Below, in pieces: positions 1-13,000 of a stretch of DNA of 57,538 bases. The position numbers and the translations under genes were made by a program. The stretch is from the NCBI GenBank assembly GCA_036507075.1, contig DASXQR010000124.1, positions 1 to 57,538 on the forward strand, in the 5' to 3' direction. The DNA is from Acidobacteriota bacterium. Its GTDB lineage: Bacteria; Acidobacteriota; UBA6911; JACQSX01. Numbering within the stretch: position 1 is the stretch's first letter; each line of letters opens with the position of its first letter. The notes below the pieces were generated by a model. It was given only the letters and a program-made list of their open reading frames with translations. It had not been told where the DNA came from and did not search any database.

Positions 1-97
1 TGTGACACTTCTGATTGGCAGTAATTGTTAACTGGGAGGGTCCGCTTGCTTACGCGCGCGGTTCAGCTGTGTCTTTGTGGTGAAAATTTCTTGCTTT

Positions 98-931
98 TCA
101 GGAATAAAACACATTTTCCGTGCCGCACACCGGACAGCGATAAAATTTCCACAGCACAAACCGCTGCAACAATGGAACCAGAGTTGGAACCGGATGACCC
201 GCTCCGCACGAAAAGCAGACATTCAAATCGGCCGGCATTGGTTCGGGGCGTGCCGCCTTCTTGCCGTATCGCGGCGCCGGTTCAGGTTCCCAGCGAAACA
301 CAAATCCCCAACCATAATGGCTGAACCGGGACCCGGTAAGATCATCCGCCGTTCGCGCCAGGTAGTTTCCCCAGCGCAGCAGGAATTTGAGAAAACGGGG
401 CGGAATGCGCGCCAGCAGCCTCGCTGTGCGAGGGTAGTCGCCCAGCTTTTCCGGGGAAGGAGGGTTCAGATAGACAAAACCGGTGTAGAGCTGCTTGAAC
501 CGGACTGCATGAAACTGCGTGTTGCACTCGACAAGCCTGAGCAGGGAATCGAAGGAGAACCGGTTTACATGACCACCGCCGCTGAACACGAAGCGATAGA
601 GATCGTCGTCAAACGAAAATCCGTTCGGAATCGAGACCCACAAAAAGCCGCCCCGCTTGATGACACGGTTAATCTCAAACAACGTTTCCACGATCTTCTC
701 GAAGTGCTCGAAAGTGTGATTACACACAACCACGTCGATGCTTGCATCTTTCAAGGGCAGCGCCTCGGATCTCGCGATGATTCTTCCCATGCAGGGCTGC
801 CGGCCAACCGGGAAGGCGACGTCAACGGCCGTCACTCCGGCCGCGGTGGAAGGATAGACAAAGCTTCCTCCGCCGGCTCCCAGATCCAGCACGCGCGCCA
901 ATCGAGGCAGATCTCTGATTAGGTCATCCAT
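98..931 (-). CDS. Class I SAM-dependent methyltransferase with C-terminal Cys-rich (zinc-ribbon-like) tail
   Basis: VLDLGAGGG motif I, LPLKDASIDVVVCNHTFEHF (Methyltransf_11-like), C-terminal CFSC...CPVC. Start moved to ATG 931 (MDDL) because the ORF-track extension lies in a repeat arm. Confidence 0.8.
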   Translation of the reverse strand: MDDLIRDLPRLARVLDLGAGGGSFVYPSTAAGVTAVDVAFPVGRQPCMGRIIARSEALPLKDASIDVVVCNHTFEHFEKIVETLFEINRVIKRGGFLWVSIPNGFSFDDDLYRFVFSGGGHVNRFSFDSLLRLVECNTQFHAVRFKQLYTGFVYLNPPSPEKLGDYPRTARLLARIPPRFLKFLLRWGNYLARTADDLTGSRFSHYGWGFVFRWEPEPAPRYGKKAARPEPMPADLNVCFSCGAGHPVPTLVPLLQRFVLWKFYRCPVCGTENVFYS

Positions 932-938
932 ATGGCTG

Positions 939-1160
939 CAACTCCAACAGTACCGCGATCCGTGAGGTCGCGGCGCACCGACAGGGGCGACAGGCAAAGG
1001 ATAAGCCTTGCCATCGCCAAAGACTCTTGCCTTATCGAATGATACAGGATGGCTGGCGCCAATGTCTGGCGCGCCGCGACCCGACGGATCGCGTTACCGT
1101 ATCACAGGGAACTCTGCCTGGTGCGCCGCGACCTTACGGATCGCGGTACTGTTGGAGTTG
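939..1160. repeat. REP/REPIN-like inverted pair (41-bp arms) with a third degenerate internal copy
   Basis: 939-979 CAACTCCAACAGTACCGCGATCCGTGAGGTCGCGGCGCACC is the reverse complement of 1120-1160 with one mismatch; degenerate copy at 1068-1100; each unit has an internal CCGCGA...TCGCGG hairpin. Confidence 0.85.
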
Positions 1161-1404
1161 GCAGTGACAGACGGGCGTTTAAACTGCTATTCTGATCAGT
1201 CTGGAAAGCAGGATCCAGCAAGCTTGACCGGAAGGTGGGCCTCTACGGCCACTTGCCCCCGGTTTTTGATTTTTGCATCCGGAATGTCACAGTCCTCACT
1301 TTCCGGAGGCGCGGATTTATCTAAGATTCCCGGGCTGGATTTCGACCCTTCATGGTCTCCGGCGGCTTTGTTTCCCCTGTCGATCTGAAGCAAGTGGTTT
1401 TTGT

Positions 1405-3729
1405 ATGGCTGATCAACCTTTACGTATTCTGGTCCTCGATGAAAACGAGGCACCGGTCTGGTTCCAGACGATTTTTGAAGCTTCCCGCGACGGAATCGTC
1501 GTGGAGCTGGACGAAATCATTGTTTCGGCCAATACCGCCTTCGCGCGCCTCTACGGATACGATAGCCCGCAAGAGTTGATCGGTCAGCATGTTTCAGTCG
1601 TTCAATCCGACGAAGACAATGAGCGGATGCTGCACCTGGGCCAGCAGAGGCTTCGCGGCGAGGCCGTGCCATCCGTCTATGGCTTCAAGGGGAAGCGAAA
1701 GGACGCCACGACAGTCGAGCTGGAGGCTTCCGTTTCTACCACGTCGATCGGAGACAAAGTTTACATCGTGTCGCTGGTGCGCGACATTTCGGAGCGTCGC
1801 CGGGCAGAAAGAAAAATTCAAAGTACTCTCTCACTGCTGACCGCCACGCTTGAATCGACCGCCGACGGAATTCTGGTCGTGGATAAGAAAGGAAAGATCA
1901 GCAGCTTCAACAAAAAATTTCTGCAGATGTGGCGCATCCCCATGTCGATTGCGCAGTCACTGGATGATTCCAGCGCGCTGGAATTTGCCTTTAATCAGTT
2001 GAAGGATCCGAAGAAATACTTGTCCAAGGTGATCGAGCTGTATAACCGGCCTGATGTGGAAAGCCACGACCTGCTCGAGTTCAAGGACGGGCGCGTCTTC
2101 GAGCGTTATTCACAGCCCCAGCGCATCGGAGATGATATCGTCGGCCGCGTCTGGAGTTTCCGGGACATCACCGAGCGCAGAGCGGCCGAGGAAGCGCTGC
2201 GCGCATCGGAAGAACGCTACCGCTTTCTCTTTGAAAGCAATCCGCAGCCGATGTTCGTTTACGATTCTGAAAACCTCTCCTTTCTGGCAGTGAACAACGC
2301 GCTGATCCGGCAATACGGTTACTCGCGCCAGGAATTTCTCTCCATGACGATTAAGGATATCCATCCTTCCGAAGACATCCCGGCTCTCATCGACAGCGTT
2401 TCGAAAGGCAAGGGCGGTCTCGTTCCCAGCCGGAGATGGCGGCACCGCAAGAAGGATGGGACCGTCATAGAGGTAGAACTCGCCTCCAATGATTTCATCG
2501 TCGGCGACCGCCATGGGCAACTCGTGCTTGCCACCGATATCACCGAACGGCGCAGCCTGGAGGAGCAGCTCCGGCTGGCCCAAAAGATGGAGGGCATCGG
2601 AAGGCTGGCGGGGGGAATCGCCCACGATTTCAACAACCTGCTTACAACCGTCCTCGGGTACAGCGATTTGCTGTTGGAAGAAGTTGGAAAGGACAACCGG
2701 CTTCACTCTGACATCATTGAAATTAAGAGGGCAGGAGAGCGGGCGGCAGGGTTGACACGGCAACTACTGGCTTTCAGCCGCAGGCAGGTCCTGCAGCCCA
2801 CCGTGCTTGACTTGAATACCGTGGTTTCCGAGCTGGACAAGATGCTGCGCCGCCTGATCGGAGAAGATATCGATCTTGTCACCGTCCGGCATGAAACTCT
2901 GGGTCGCGTCAAAGCCGATGCCGGGCAGATCGAGCAGGTTCTCGTTAACCTGATCCTCAATGCCAGAGACGCGATGCCTTCGGGCGGCAAAATCACCATT
3001 GAAACATCCAATGTCGAGTTGGACGAGGCTTACGCGCGCCAGCACGTGGCTGTAGTGACCGGCAAGTACGTCATGCTTTCGGTGACGGATACCGGCTACG
3101 GTATGGATGCTGAGACGACAGCGCGGATTTTTGAGCCGTTCTTCACCACCAAGGAGCGAAGCAAGGGTACTGGCCTGGGATTATCCACGGTCTACGGAAT
3201 CGTCAAGCAAAGCGGTGGGAACATCTGGGTGTACAGCGAGCCGGGAATGGGCACGACCTTCAAGGTTTATCTGCCCAGAGTGGAAGAAGCGATCTACGCG
3301 CCGGAAACTCCAGCAACGCAGCCTAAGGCGACGGGAGGCTCGGAAACCATCCTGCTGGTGGAGGACGAAGATTCTGTGCGCTCCCTGGCGCGGGAGATTC
3401 TGCAGCGCAACGGCTACTTCGTGCTCGAGGCCACTCATGGGAGTGAGGCGCTGGTGATTTGCAAGCAGCACAAAGGATCCATTTCGCTGATGCTGACGGA
3501 CGTGGTTATGCCCGGAATGAGTGGTCGCGAAGTGGCGGAAGAACTGTCCTCCTTGCGCCCGGAAATGAAGGTCATCTTCATGTCCGGATACTCCGACGAC
3601 GCCATTGTGCGTCATGGTATCCTCGAGCCCGGCACACAATTCCTTCCCAAACCCTACACGCCTGATTCGCTCATTCGCAAGGTTCGGGACGTTCTGGACG
3701 AAAACTCACCCGAACGCTCCGCTAAATAA
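1405..3729 (+). CDS. Hybrid sensor histidine kinase/response regulator with three PAS domains (CckA-like architecture)
   Basis: Three PAS/PAC repeats (..RDISERR, ..RDITERR, ..TDITERR), H-box [26 protein letters not shown]-terminal receiver ILLVEDE...TDVVMP. Start at ATG 1405 inferred. Confidence 0.92.
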   Translation: MADQPLRILVLDENEAPVWFQTIFEASRDGIVVELDEIIVSANTAFARLYGYDSPQELIGQHVSVVQSDEDNERMLHLGQQRLRGEAVPSVYGFKGKRKDATTVELEASVSTTSIGDKVYIVSLVRDISERRRAERKIQSTLSLLTATLESTADGILVVDKKGKISSFNKKFLQMWRIPMSIAQSLDDSSALEFAFNQLKDPKKYLSKVIELYNRPDVESHDLLEFKDGRVFERYSQPQRIGDDIVGRVWSFRDITERRAAEEALRASEERYRFLFESNPQPMFVYDSENLSFLAVNNALIRQYGYSRQEFLSMTIKDIHPSEDIPALIDSVSKGKGGLVPSRRWRHRKKDGTVIEVELASNDFIVGDRHGQLVLATDITERRSLEEQLRLAQKMEGIGRLAGGIAHDFNNLLTTVLGYSDLLLEEVGKDNRLHSDIIEIKRAGERAAGLTRQLLAFSRRQVLQPTVLDLNTVVSELDKMLRRLIGEDIDLVTVRHETLGRVKADAGQIEQVLVNLILNARDAMPSGGKITIETSNVELDEAYARQHVAVVTGKYVMLSVTDTGYGMDAETTARIFEPFFTTKERSKGTGLGLSTVYGIVKQSGGNIWVYSEPGMGTTFKVYLPRVEEAIYAPETPATQPKATGGSETILLVEDEDSVRSLAREILQRNGYFVLEATHGSEALVICKQHKGSISLMLTDVVMPGMSGREVAEELSSLRPEMKVIFMSGYSDDAIVRHGILEPGTQFLPKPYTPDSLIRKVRDVLDENSPERSAK

Positions 3730-3751
3730 GCACGCCCGCCCCCACCGGCGC

Positions 3752-3795
3752 AGGAACGTGAGAAAAAATCGACGCCACCGGGCTTGCCCCGGTGG
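3752..3795. repeat. REP-like hairpin sharing terminal motifs with the 15805-16093 element
   Basis: AGGAACGTGAGAAAAAATCGACGCCACCGGGCTTGCCCCGGTGG; both GGAACGTGAGAA and AAATCGACGCCACCGGG recur at 15815-15848. Confidence 0.7.
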
Positions 3796-4018
3796 TGAGG
3801 ACGATTATTCACTAAAACGCGTGCCCAAGAATACTTCACGAACACTGGCGTTCCAAGGCCGGTGCGGGCACCGCAACTTCACTCGATATGTTCTAACCGT
3901 ACCGAAGTTTGTTAAAACAATCTCTTCAGGCTACAGTTTTCGTGGATCCGTGTGGCATTCAGTCGCATCAGGTCGCGTATGAGCTTTCAACACAGAGATA
4001 CGAAGCAAGCAGGGTGAA

Positions 4019-7000
4019 ATGTCAAAGCAGAGAGTCATCCTCGCTTATTATCAGGACCCGACCTCCTTTACGGGAGTGCTCCCCAAGCTGCGGAAGAACC
4101 AATTCCGCCGCGTCTCAGTGCTGCGCAAGACTGCACAAGGCGCTCTGAGAATCGAATCAAGTCCCCCCAGCGTGTCCTCGCGCGCCAGCCTGATCTTGTG
4201 GGCAATGGCAGGATTTACAGCCGGCTATCTCCTTATCCTGCTGACCCACTCCCATGTTTCGGCATTCGCGCATCGAATCGACTGGATCGCGATGGCACTT
4301 CTCATGCTTGCAGGGCTGTGTCTCGGCTGGCTCGGCTCCCGGTGGAGCGCGCGGGGAGTCGAGCAGTACTACATCAATAGATATCGCTCTACTGTTTCCC
4401 GCGACGAAATCCTGTTAATGGTACAGGCACGATCAAACGACCTGGATCGCGTTCTGGCCCTGCTGCTGCATGAGGAAGTCACCGACCCGGTCACATTTGT
4501 GGTCCGGCCTCCTGAGACAGTGGATCCAAGACAGCCAGACAGGCCTTTCCACCGCGAGTCGCTCTCCGTGGAAAGGCTGAATCAACATGCCGAAGGCCTG
4601 GCCCGCCGGCAGCAGATCGCCGGCAGCAGGACCCCGGGCTGGTCACTGCTGAAGTGCATCCGCGAAACCGAAAAGGTTATTCAGACCATTCATCAGAGTT
4701 TGAGTGAGGCGGTCCATCTCAAGCAGAGCGTTTCCCTGTCAGGCGAGTGGCTGCTGGATAATGCCTATGTAATCGAGATGCAGATTACGCAGGTTCGAAG
4801 AAATCTGACGCGCGGTTTTTACAAAGTATTGCCGCAACTGCAGAGTGGACCTAATAAGGGAGAGCCGCGCGTCTACGCCCTGGCGCTCGAACTGGTTACC
4901 CACACCGACGCTCAACTGGACGAACGCAACATTGTCGAGTTTCTGAACGCCTATCAGCGCGTTTCGCCTCTCACTCTGGGCGAACTCTGGGCCATGCCGC
5001 TGATGCTGCGCCTGGCACTGCTCGAATACCTGAGGCAGCTTTCGCTGGATGTTTACAAGCGCCACTATGAACGCGAACTCGCGGACCTTTGGGCGAACCG
5101 CCTGGTGGTGGCGGCCCGCCGGGATCCCGACCAGGTTCTGGTGTTTCTGGCCGAGATTGCGCAGCGCCAGGAAATTCCCACATCGTACTTTGCGGTCCAA
5201 CTGATCCGGCAGTTGTCGGACGAAGAAAGTGCGCTTGGCCCCACGCGCGCGTGGCTGGAGCGGAAGCTGACTTCTCCGCTTTCGGAAATCGTGCAGCAGG
5301 AACAGAGCCGTCGCACGGCCGAGCAGTTTTCCATCGCCAACACGATCGGGAGCATGCGGCGGCTGTCACTTCTTGACTGGCGGGACTTGTTCGAAATCAC
5401 CAGTGTGGTGGAAAAGATTCTGCGCACCGATCCGTCGAAGATTTACCCTCGCATGGACTTTACCACTCGTGATTCCTACCGGCACAGCGTCGAGGAGATC
5501 GCGCGCAGCTCCCGTCAAAGCGAGATTCACGTCGCCGAGCAGTCTGTCCTGCTCGCTTCGGCGCTGCAGTTCGAGGAGTCTCTTGCCGATGTCTCCCCAT
5601 CACTGATCCGATCGCATGTGGGCTACTTCCTGGTCGGTGAGGGCCGCGCGGAGCTGGAATCGAGTGTCGGGCATCGGGTGAGTCGCGTCGAAAGAATATC
5701 ACGTTCCATTAAGCGGCACCCCACTCTGCATTACCTTTCCAGCATCGCGGTCTGGACAGCATTCTTTCTGACCCTGTTTGCAGCTCTGGCGATCCGCAGC
5801 GGCGTGACCGGTTATCACCTGCTGTTGCTCGCGGTGCTCGCCCTCATTCCGCTCAGCGAAGTGGCGATTCAGATCATCAACTATATGGCGTCCAATCTGA
5901 TCCCAAGCCGAGCCTTGCCAAAAATGTCCTTCGAAGAAGGGATCCCGGACGCTTACCGCACGCTGGTTGTTGTTCCGATGATGCTGCTTTCGCGAGGCTC
6001 CGTTGAAGCGGAAGTGAGCCGCCTGGAGATCCGGTATCTGGCCAATCCGGAAACCAATCTTCTGTTCGGGCTGTTCGCCGATTTCTCGGATGCGCCTCAG
6101 CAACACATGGACGGAGACCAGGAACTGCTCCAGGCGGCCGTTAACGGGATCGAAGCGCTTCGAACAAAATACAACCCGGACCACTTCTTTTTGTTTCATC
6201 GGGAGCGTCGTTTCAATGAAGGCGAGGGGCAGTGGATCGGCTGGGAGAGAAAACGCGGGAAGATCGAAGAGTTGAACCGTTTTCTTTGCGGCGACGAGAG
6301 CCGTGCCTCAATGCTGCCAGTCGGAAATCGTGAGATGCTGCGAGGGGTTCGCTTCGTGATCACGCTCGATGCGGACACCCAGTTGCCTACGAGCAGGGCG
6401 CGGTACATGATTGAAACGCTGGCGCATCCTTTGAATCATCCCCGCCTGGCTCCGGACGGAGAGACAGTGAGACAAGGATATGCAGTGATCCAGCCGCGCG
6501 TGAGCGCCAGCCTTTGGGGGGCCGCCCCCAGCCGGTTCACCCGCCTCTTCAGCGACCCGACTGGAACCGATCCCTACATGCACCCAGTTTCAGATCTCTA
6601 TCAGGATCTGTTCGGCGAGGGCATATACCACGGCAAGGCGATTTACGATTTGCGAATCTTCGACCAGGTCCTGGCTGAACGATTTCCGGATTCCACGCTG
6701 CTCAGCCACGATCTGCTCGAGGGCGCCTATGTGCGGGCGGGCCTGGCCAGCGACATTGAGCTGTTCGACACGTTTCCGGCTAACTACCTTTCTTTTTGCC
6801 GCCGCCAGCATCGCTGGATTCGCGGAGACTGGCAAATTTTCGACTGGATTCTTCCCACTGTACCTCATAAGACCAAAGGAAGAACCAGAAACCCACTTTC
6901 GGCGATAAACCGCTGGAAGATTTTCGACAACCTGCGCCGCAGCCTGATCGAACCCACGGTGCTGGCGCTGCTTGTGGCATCCTGGCTGCTGGCGCCGGCG

Positions 7001-10000
7001 GCAGGGGCGCTTTGCGCGGCAATGGTGGCGCTGCTGCTGCTGCAACCCGTTTTGATCAGGCTGGTGGAGAAGGTTCGCGCCATGGCGCGCTATCTGCTGG
7101 AACCCGACGTAGCGCCGCTCACATGGCACGAGTTTACCAAGCCGCTGGCGACTGCCTGCATCCGCGCCTTGATACAGGCGTGCCTGCTGCCCCACCAGGC
7201 ATCCTTGTCGGCGGATGCCATCGCGCGGGTCTGGTACCGGCGGTTGGTAAGCCGGCACCACCTGCTTCAATGGGAAACCGCGCAGGCAGCACATCGCCGC
7301 TCGCTGAAAGAACAGTCGCGGTTTCTCCTGCGGATGAGCCTGGTCACGGTGTTTGCTCTCATTTTGTCATTCTTGATTTACCTCTACTCGCCACAGGCGC
7401 TCCCGGGAGCCGTCGCATTTCTGCTCGCCTGGGCCGCAAGTCCTCTGGCAGTACGCTGGATTGACGCCCCTCCACGGGTCGCAGACCGACAGTTGCTCAG
7501 AGAACCCGACTGGAATTTCCTGCGCTCAGTGGCACGCCGTACCTGGCGATATTTCCAGGATTTTGTCACCGAGGAAAGCCACTGGCTCCCGCCCGACAAT
7601 TACCAGGAATCTCTTCGAATTGAACTCGCCCACCGTACATCGCCCACAAATATCGGGTTGGGACTGCTATCGACGCTTGCGGCGCGCGACTTCGGCTACA
7701 TCACGACTCCCGATCTGTTTGAAAGAACTCTGCAGACGCTGGAAACAGTAGAGAGAGTCGAAAAATACCAGGGCCATCTGCTCAACTGGTACAACACCAA
7801 AACGCTCGAGCCGCTTTATCCCAAGTACGTCTCCACGGTGGACAGCGGTAACCTGCTGGCTTGCTTGTGGACCCTGGAGCAGGGCTGGAATGAACTGCTG
7901 GACCAGCCGCTTTGCGGGCCCGAAGTTCTCATGGGCCTGAGCGACACGCTGTTCATTCTGAAAGACGAACTCGGGCAGCATTTACCCGCAGTTGCGGCTA
8001 GTAACGGACCCGTTGTCGCGCCGGACCGCGCCAAGCCTGTCAAAACAGCTTCAACCACCGCGCCCGGCTCCACGCGGGATATTCCCGGCATCATCCCGGC
8101 TCGCCCGGGCGAATCACAGGACGCCCGCTCCGCGGCCGGCGGCGATCCAAAAGTAAAGCTCGGCGGTATTTTTGCGAGCCTTGAAGCGTTGTTCAGTTCC
8201 CGGCCCACCGGTTTGCCGGAACTGCTCAAGATTCTAAAAGACGCCAGCCAGCCGGTCAGCGAACTGCTAAATGATCTGCACCAGCATGAGATGCGGGCTT
8301 TGGACCGGGCCGAGCTGCCGATCGGAGATGGCGTTCCCGAGTATCTATATTGGGCTGACCAGTTGAAAAGACAACTCGATGGTTGGCTTTCACTCGCCGA
8401 TCGCTATCTATCCTGGATTCCGATGCTCGCTTCAAAAAACGAACAGGAGTTGCTTCCGCTGGGAGAAGCTTACGTGCAGTGGCGTGCCGCGGTTCTTTCC
8501 TCGCCCCTCTCGCTGCGCGCCCTTGCTTCCGGAAGCAGCGGCGCTCTTTCCTCTGCGGAAGCCTTCGAAGCGGAGATTTCGCATCTCAACCTTCCGCCCG
8601 AACTTCGCCTTTGGCTGGAAGAAGTGACGGAGACCTCAAGACGGGCCGCCTCTCTCGCCGCTGAGACCTTGGCGCAGGCTGAATCACTGCTGGAGCAAGT
8701 CCAGAAGCTCGGAGAGGAAATGAACATGAATTTCCTCTACAACCCCGAGCGGCGGCTCTTCTCCATCGGATACAACGTGAGCGATCATCGTGAAGATCAG
8801 TCCTACTACGATCTGTTCGCCAGCGAGGCTCGCCTTACCAGCTTCGTCGCCATCGCGCGCGGCGACGTGCCGGTAGACCATTGGTGGGCGATGAGTCGAG
8901 TTTTTGGATCCTTGAACGGCCAGGCGGCGCTTCTTTCCTGGGGCGGAACGATGTTTGAGTATTTGATGCCGCTGCTGATGACCCGTTCATATGAAGGCTC
9001 GCTGCTCGACCAGGCCTGCCGCATCGCGGTTGCAAAACAGATCGATTACGCGCGTCGACTGGGAATTCCATGGGGAATTTCCGAAGCCGCTTTTGCGGCG
9101 CTCGACACCAGCCGGATCTATCAATATCGCGCCTTCGGGGTTCCCGGCCTGGGGCTTAAAAGGGGCCTCGAGGAAGACACGGTGGTTGCACCCTATGCCT
9201 CAGCCCTGGCGGTGATGGTCGAACCTGCCGCCGCGGTAAAAAACCTCCGGCGCATGAAGAGTCATGGAATGTTGGGGCGCTACGGCTACTACGAATCCAT
9301 CGACTACACGCGTCAACGAGTCCGTGAGGGCGAGCGCGGTGTAATCATTCACGCCTACATGGCTCACCATGAGGGAATGACGCTGGTAGCACTGGATAAC
9401 GCCCTTCATGGCGGCGTAATGCAGACGCGGTTCCACAGACTCCCGCGTGTGCGCGCCGCCGAGCATTTGCTGTGCGAAAGCATTCCGCTTGCTCCTCCCC
9501 GTCTGGAAGCTTCGGTGCCGGATGGACTGGCTCCGCGGGTTCTTCCCATCAGCGTGGCGCCGCCGATCGAGAGATTTTATTCCCCCGACACTCCAATTCC
9601 ACGGGTACACCTGCTGTCCAACGGCAGTTATTCGGTCATGGTCACCAACGGAGGAGGCGGTTACAGCCGGTGGCGCGAAATCGACTTGACCCGATGGAGA
9701 CCCGATACCACGCGAGACTGCTGGGGTAGCTTCTGTTACATCCGGGACAGTGAGCTGGGCGCGGTTTGGAGCAACACCCACCAGCCGATGCGTCGCGCGG
9801 CCCGCGATTCAACCGTGGTGTTTACGGCGGAACGCGCCGAGTTCAAGCGGCGCGATCGTGACATCGATACGCTGACGGAAATTGCTGTTTCACCTGAAGA
9901 TGACGCGGAAATCAGGCGGCTCACTCTGACCAATCATTCGCAGCGCGAGCGTCGGCTGCAGCTTACTACCTATTCAGAACTTGCGCTGGCGCCGCACAGC

Positions 10001-13000
10001 GCAGATCGAGCTCACCCGGCTTTCAGCAAGATGTTCATCGTGACAGAGTCTCTTCCCGATCGGAGCGCGCTTATCGCCACGCGCCGCATCCGGGCGAAAG
10101 ACGAGAAGCCGGTATGGATCGGCCAGGTGCTGGCACACGACAGGGACATCGTCGATTTTCAGTACGAGACGGATAGAGCGCGCTTTATCGGCCGCTGCCG
10201 AGCGCTGGAAAGTCCGGCAGCGATACAAACCGATTTGTCCGGGGTTACAGGATGTGTTCTGGATCCGATTTTCAGTCTGCGATGCAATATTTCAATCTCT
10301 CCCGGAGAACGGACACAGGTCTCTTATGTCACCGTGGCCGCTGAAACCCGGGAGCGGGTGCTCGAACTGATTGAAAAATATTCGGATCATCGCGCCGCTC
10401 AACGTGGACTGGAAATGGCCTGGTCCCACGCGCAACTGGAACTGCGCCAGCTCCGGATTCAACTGGAAGAAGGCAAACATTTCCAGCAGCTGGCCGGTCA
10501 CTTGCTCTATCCAAATGCCCAGTTGCGCCCGCCGGCCGAGCGGCTCCGGCAGAATATTTTCGGACAGGCGCGTTTGTGGGCATACGGAATCTCGGGCGAT
10601 TATCCGATCATTGTTGTTACCATCGGTGACACACAGGATACCGACTTGATCCGCGAGGTGCTGGTTGCACATGACTACCTTTGGGTGCGGGGACTTAAAG
10701 CCGACCTGGTGATCCTGGACGAAGAGAAGGACAGCTATACGCAGCCGCTGATGGAGCAGCTTCGAAAGATGGTCCACGCGCACTCGCAGTACACCAGCCT
10801 TGACGTGCCGGGCGGCGTCTTTCTCAGGTCCGCCGATCAGATTCCGGAGCAGGATTTGACGTTGCTTCTGGCCGTGGCGCGTGTCGTGCTCGTGGCTGCG
10901 CGCGGGACGCTGGCGCAACAGTTGACCAGTTCGGTCACCACGCTGAAGCAACCCCCGCCTCTGGTGATCTCACAGCGGTGGGAGGAAGAACCCTCGGCTC
11001 CTCTTCCTTTCATGGAGCTGCCCTACTTCAACGGGCTTGGTGGTTTTACGGGGGACGGCAAAGAGTATGCGATCTATCTTGGTCCGGGTGACAGGACTCC
11101 CAGTCCCTGGGTCAACGTAATCGCCAACCCGAACTTCGGGACTCTGGTGAGCGACTCGGGGCAGGGTTTCTGCTGGAACGGAAACAGCCAGAGCAATCGC
11201 CTGCTTCCCTGGTCCAACGATCCCGTTTCCGATTCGGTTTCCGAAGCAATATACATTCGCGACGAGGACAGCGGCATCTTCTGGACCCCGACGCCTCTGC
11301 CGATCCGGGAGTTGGACGCGTATCGCATTCGTCACGGACAGGGCTACACTGTTTTTGAACATAACAGCCACGCCATCGAGCAGGAACTGGCCGTGTTCGT
11401 TCCCGTGGAGGACGACTCCGGACCACCGCTGCGCGTCCAGCGTTTGCGCCTGCGAAATCACTCGTCGCGACGCCGTCGCTTGAGCGTCACGTACTATGGC
11501 GAGTGGGTGCTGGGAACCGATCGCGAAGAAACACAATTACACGTGAGCACCACCTGGGATTCGGAAGGTCGCGCCCTGCTTGCCAGAAACGCATATCATC
11601 GCGATTACGGAAGCCGGGTGGCCTTCGTATCCTGCTGGCCGGCGCCCAGCAGTGTTTCAGGAGACAGAACCGGCTTTCTGGGGCGTAATGGCTCGACGGT
11701 GAGACCCGTGGCCATGGACCGCCGCGATCTTTCCTGGCGGACCGGCCCGGGCCTGGATCCATGTGCCGCCCTGCAGGTTAAGGTCGAAATCGATCCGGGT
11801 CAGGAATTGGATGTGATTTTTGTGCTCGGGCAGGCACCCACCACAGCCGAAGCCAGATCTTTAGCCAGACAATTTGCCGATCCTGCAATGGTGGAACGCT
11901 CGCTTCAATCTACTCAGCAGTGGTGGGATCGGATGCTGGGCACGATTCACGTCGAAACACCGGACCTTTCCACTAACTTTCTCCTGAACCGATGGCTCCT
12001 TTACCAGACGCTCAGTTGTCGCCTCTGGGCGCGTTCGGCCTTCTATCAGTCAGGGGGAGCCTTCGGATTCAGAGATCAGTTGCAGGACGTGCTCGGCTTG
12101 GTCTACACGGCACCCGCCATCGCGCGGTCCCACATCATTCGCGCCGCTTCTCATCAGTTCGTAGAAGGCGATGTACAACACTGGTGGCATCCGCCATCGG
12201 ACGCCGGCGTACGCACGCGAATTTCCGATGATCTGCTGTGGCTTCCCTGGGTAACCGCCCATTATGTAAAGATCACAGGGGACCAGGAGATCCTCAACAC
12301 TATCATTTCATTTTTGGAAGGGCGGCCTCTCGAGCCACACGAGCACGAGGTGTTCCTGTCGCCTTTGCGCTCGCTCGAAGAAGCGTCGCTGCTGGAGCAT
12401 TGCCGGCGGGCCATTAGGAAGGGCCTGACAGCCGGACCGCATGGCCTGCCGCTGATCGGAGCCGGGGATTGGAATGATGGAATGAACCAGGTTGGGATAG
12501 AGGGCAAAGGAGAAAGTGTCTGGCTGGCATGGTTCATCGCCGACGTGTTGCGCGAATTTGCAGATCTTTTGCACCTGCGGGGCGAAGAACTGGAGGCAGA
12601 CGAATGCCGCGAGCGCGCCGCACGTATTGTCGAAGCCGTCGAAAACGAGGCTTGGGACGGCAATTGGTATCGCCGGGCTTATTTTGACGGCGGAACACCG
12701 CTGGGCTCGCAGCAGAACGAGGAGGCGAAGATCGACTCGATCGCCCAGTCCTGGGCCGTGTTGTCGGGCGCGGCAGATCCGGCAAGGGCGGCGCAGGCCT
12801 TAGAGGCGGCGGATGAAATCCTGGTGCGCCGGGCCGAACGGCTGGTACTTTTGTTTACTCCACCATTCAACAAGTCCGCTGACAACCCGGGGTACATCAA
12901 GAGCTATCCTCCCGGAGTGCGCGAGAACGGCGGGCAATACACGCACGCAGCAATTTGGCTGGCTTCGGCTTTTGCACGCCGGCATGACGGTGACAAAGCC

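Noticed and set aside
77..922. 281-aa plus-strand ORF
   Set aside because: Antisense shadow of the methyltransferase; no recognisable motifs.
3953..3967. TGGCATTCAGTCGCA as a sigma54 promoter for the glucan synthase
   Set aside because: GG-GC spacing is 9 nt rather than the required 10.
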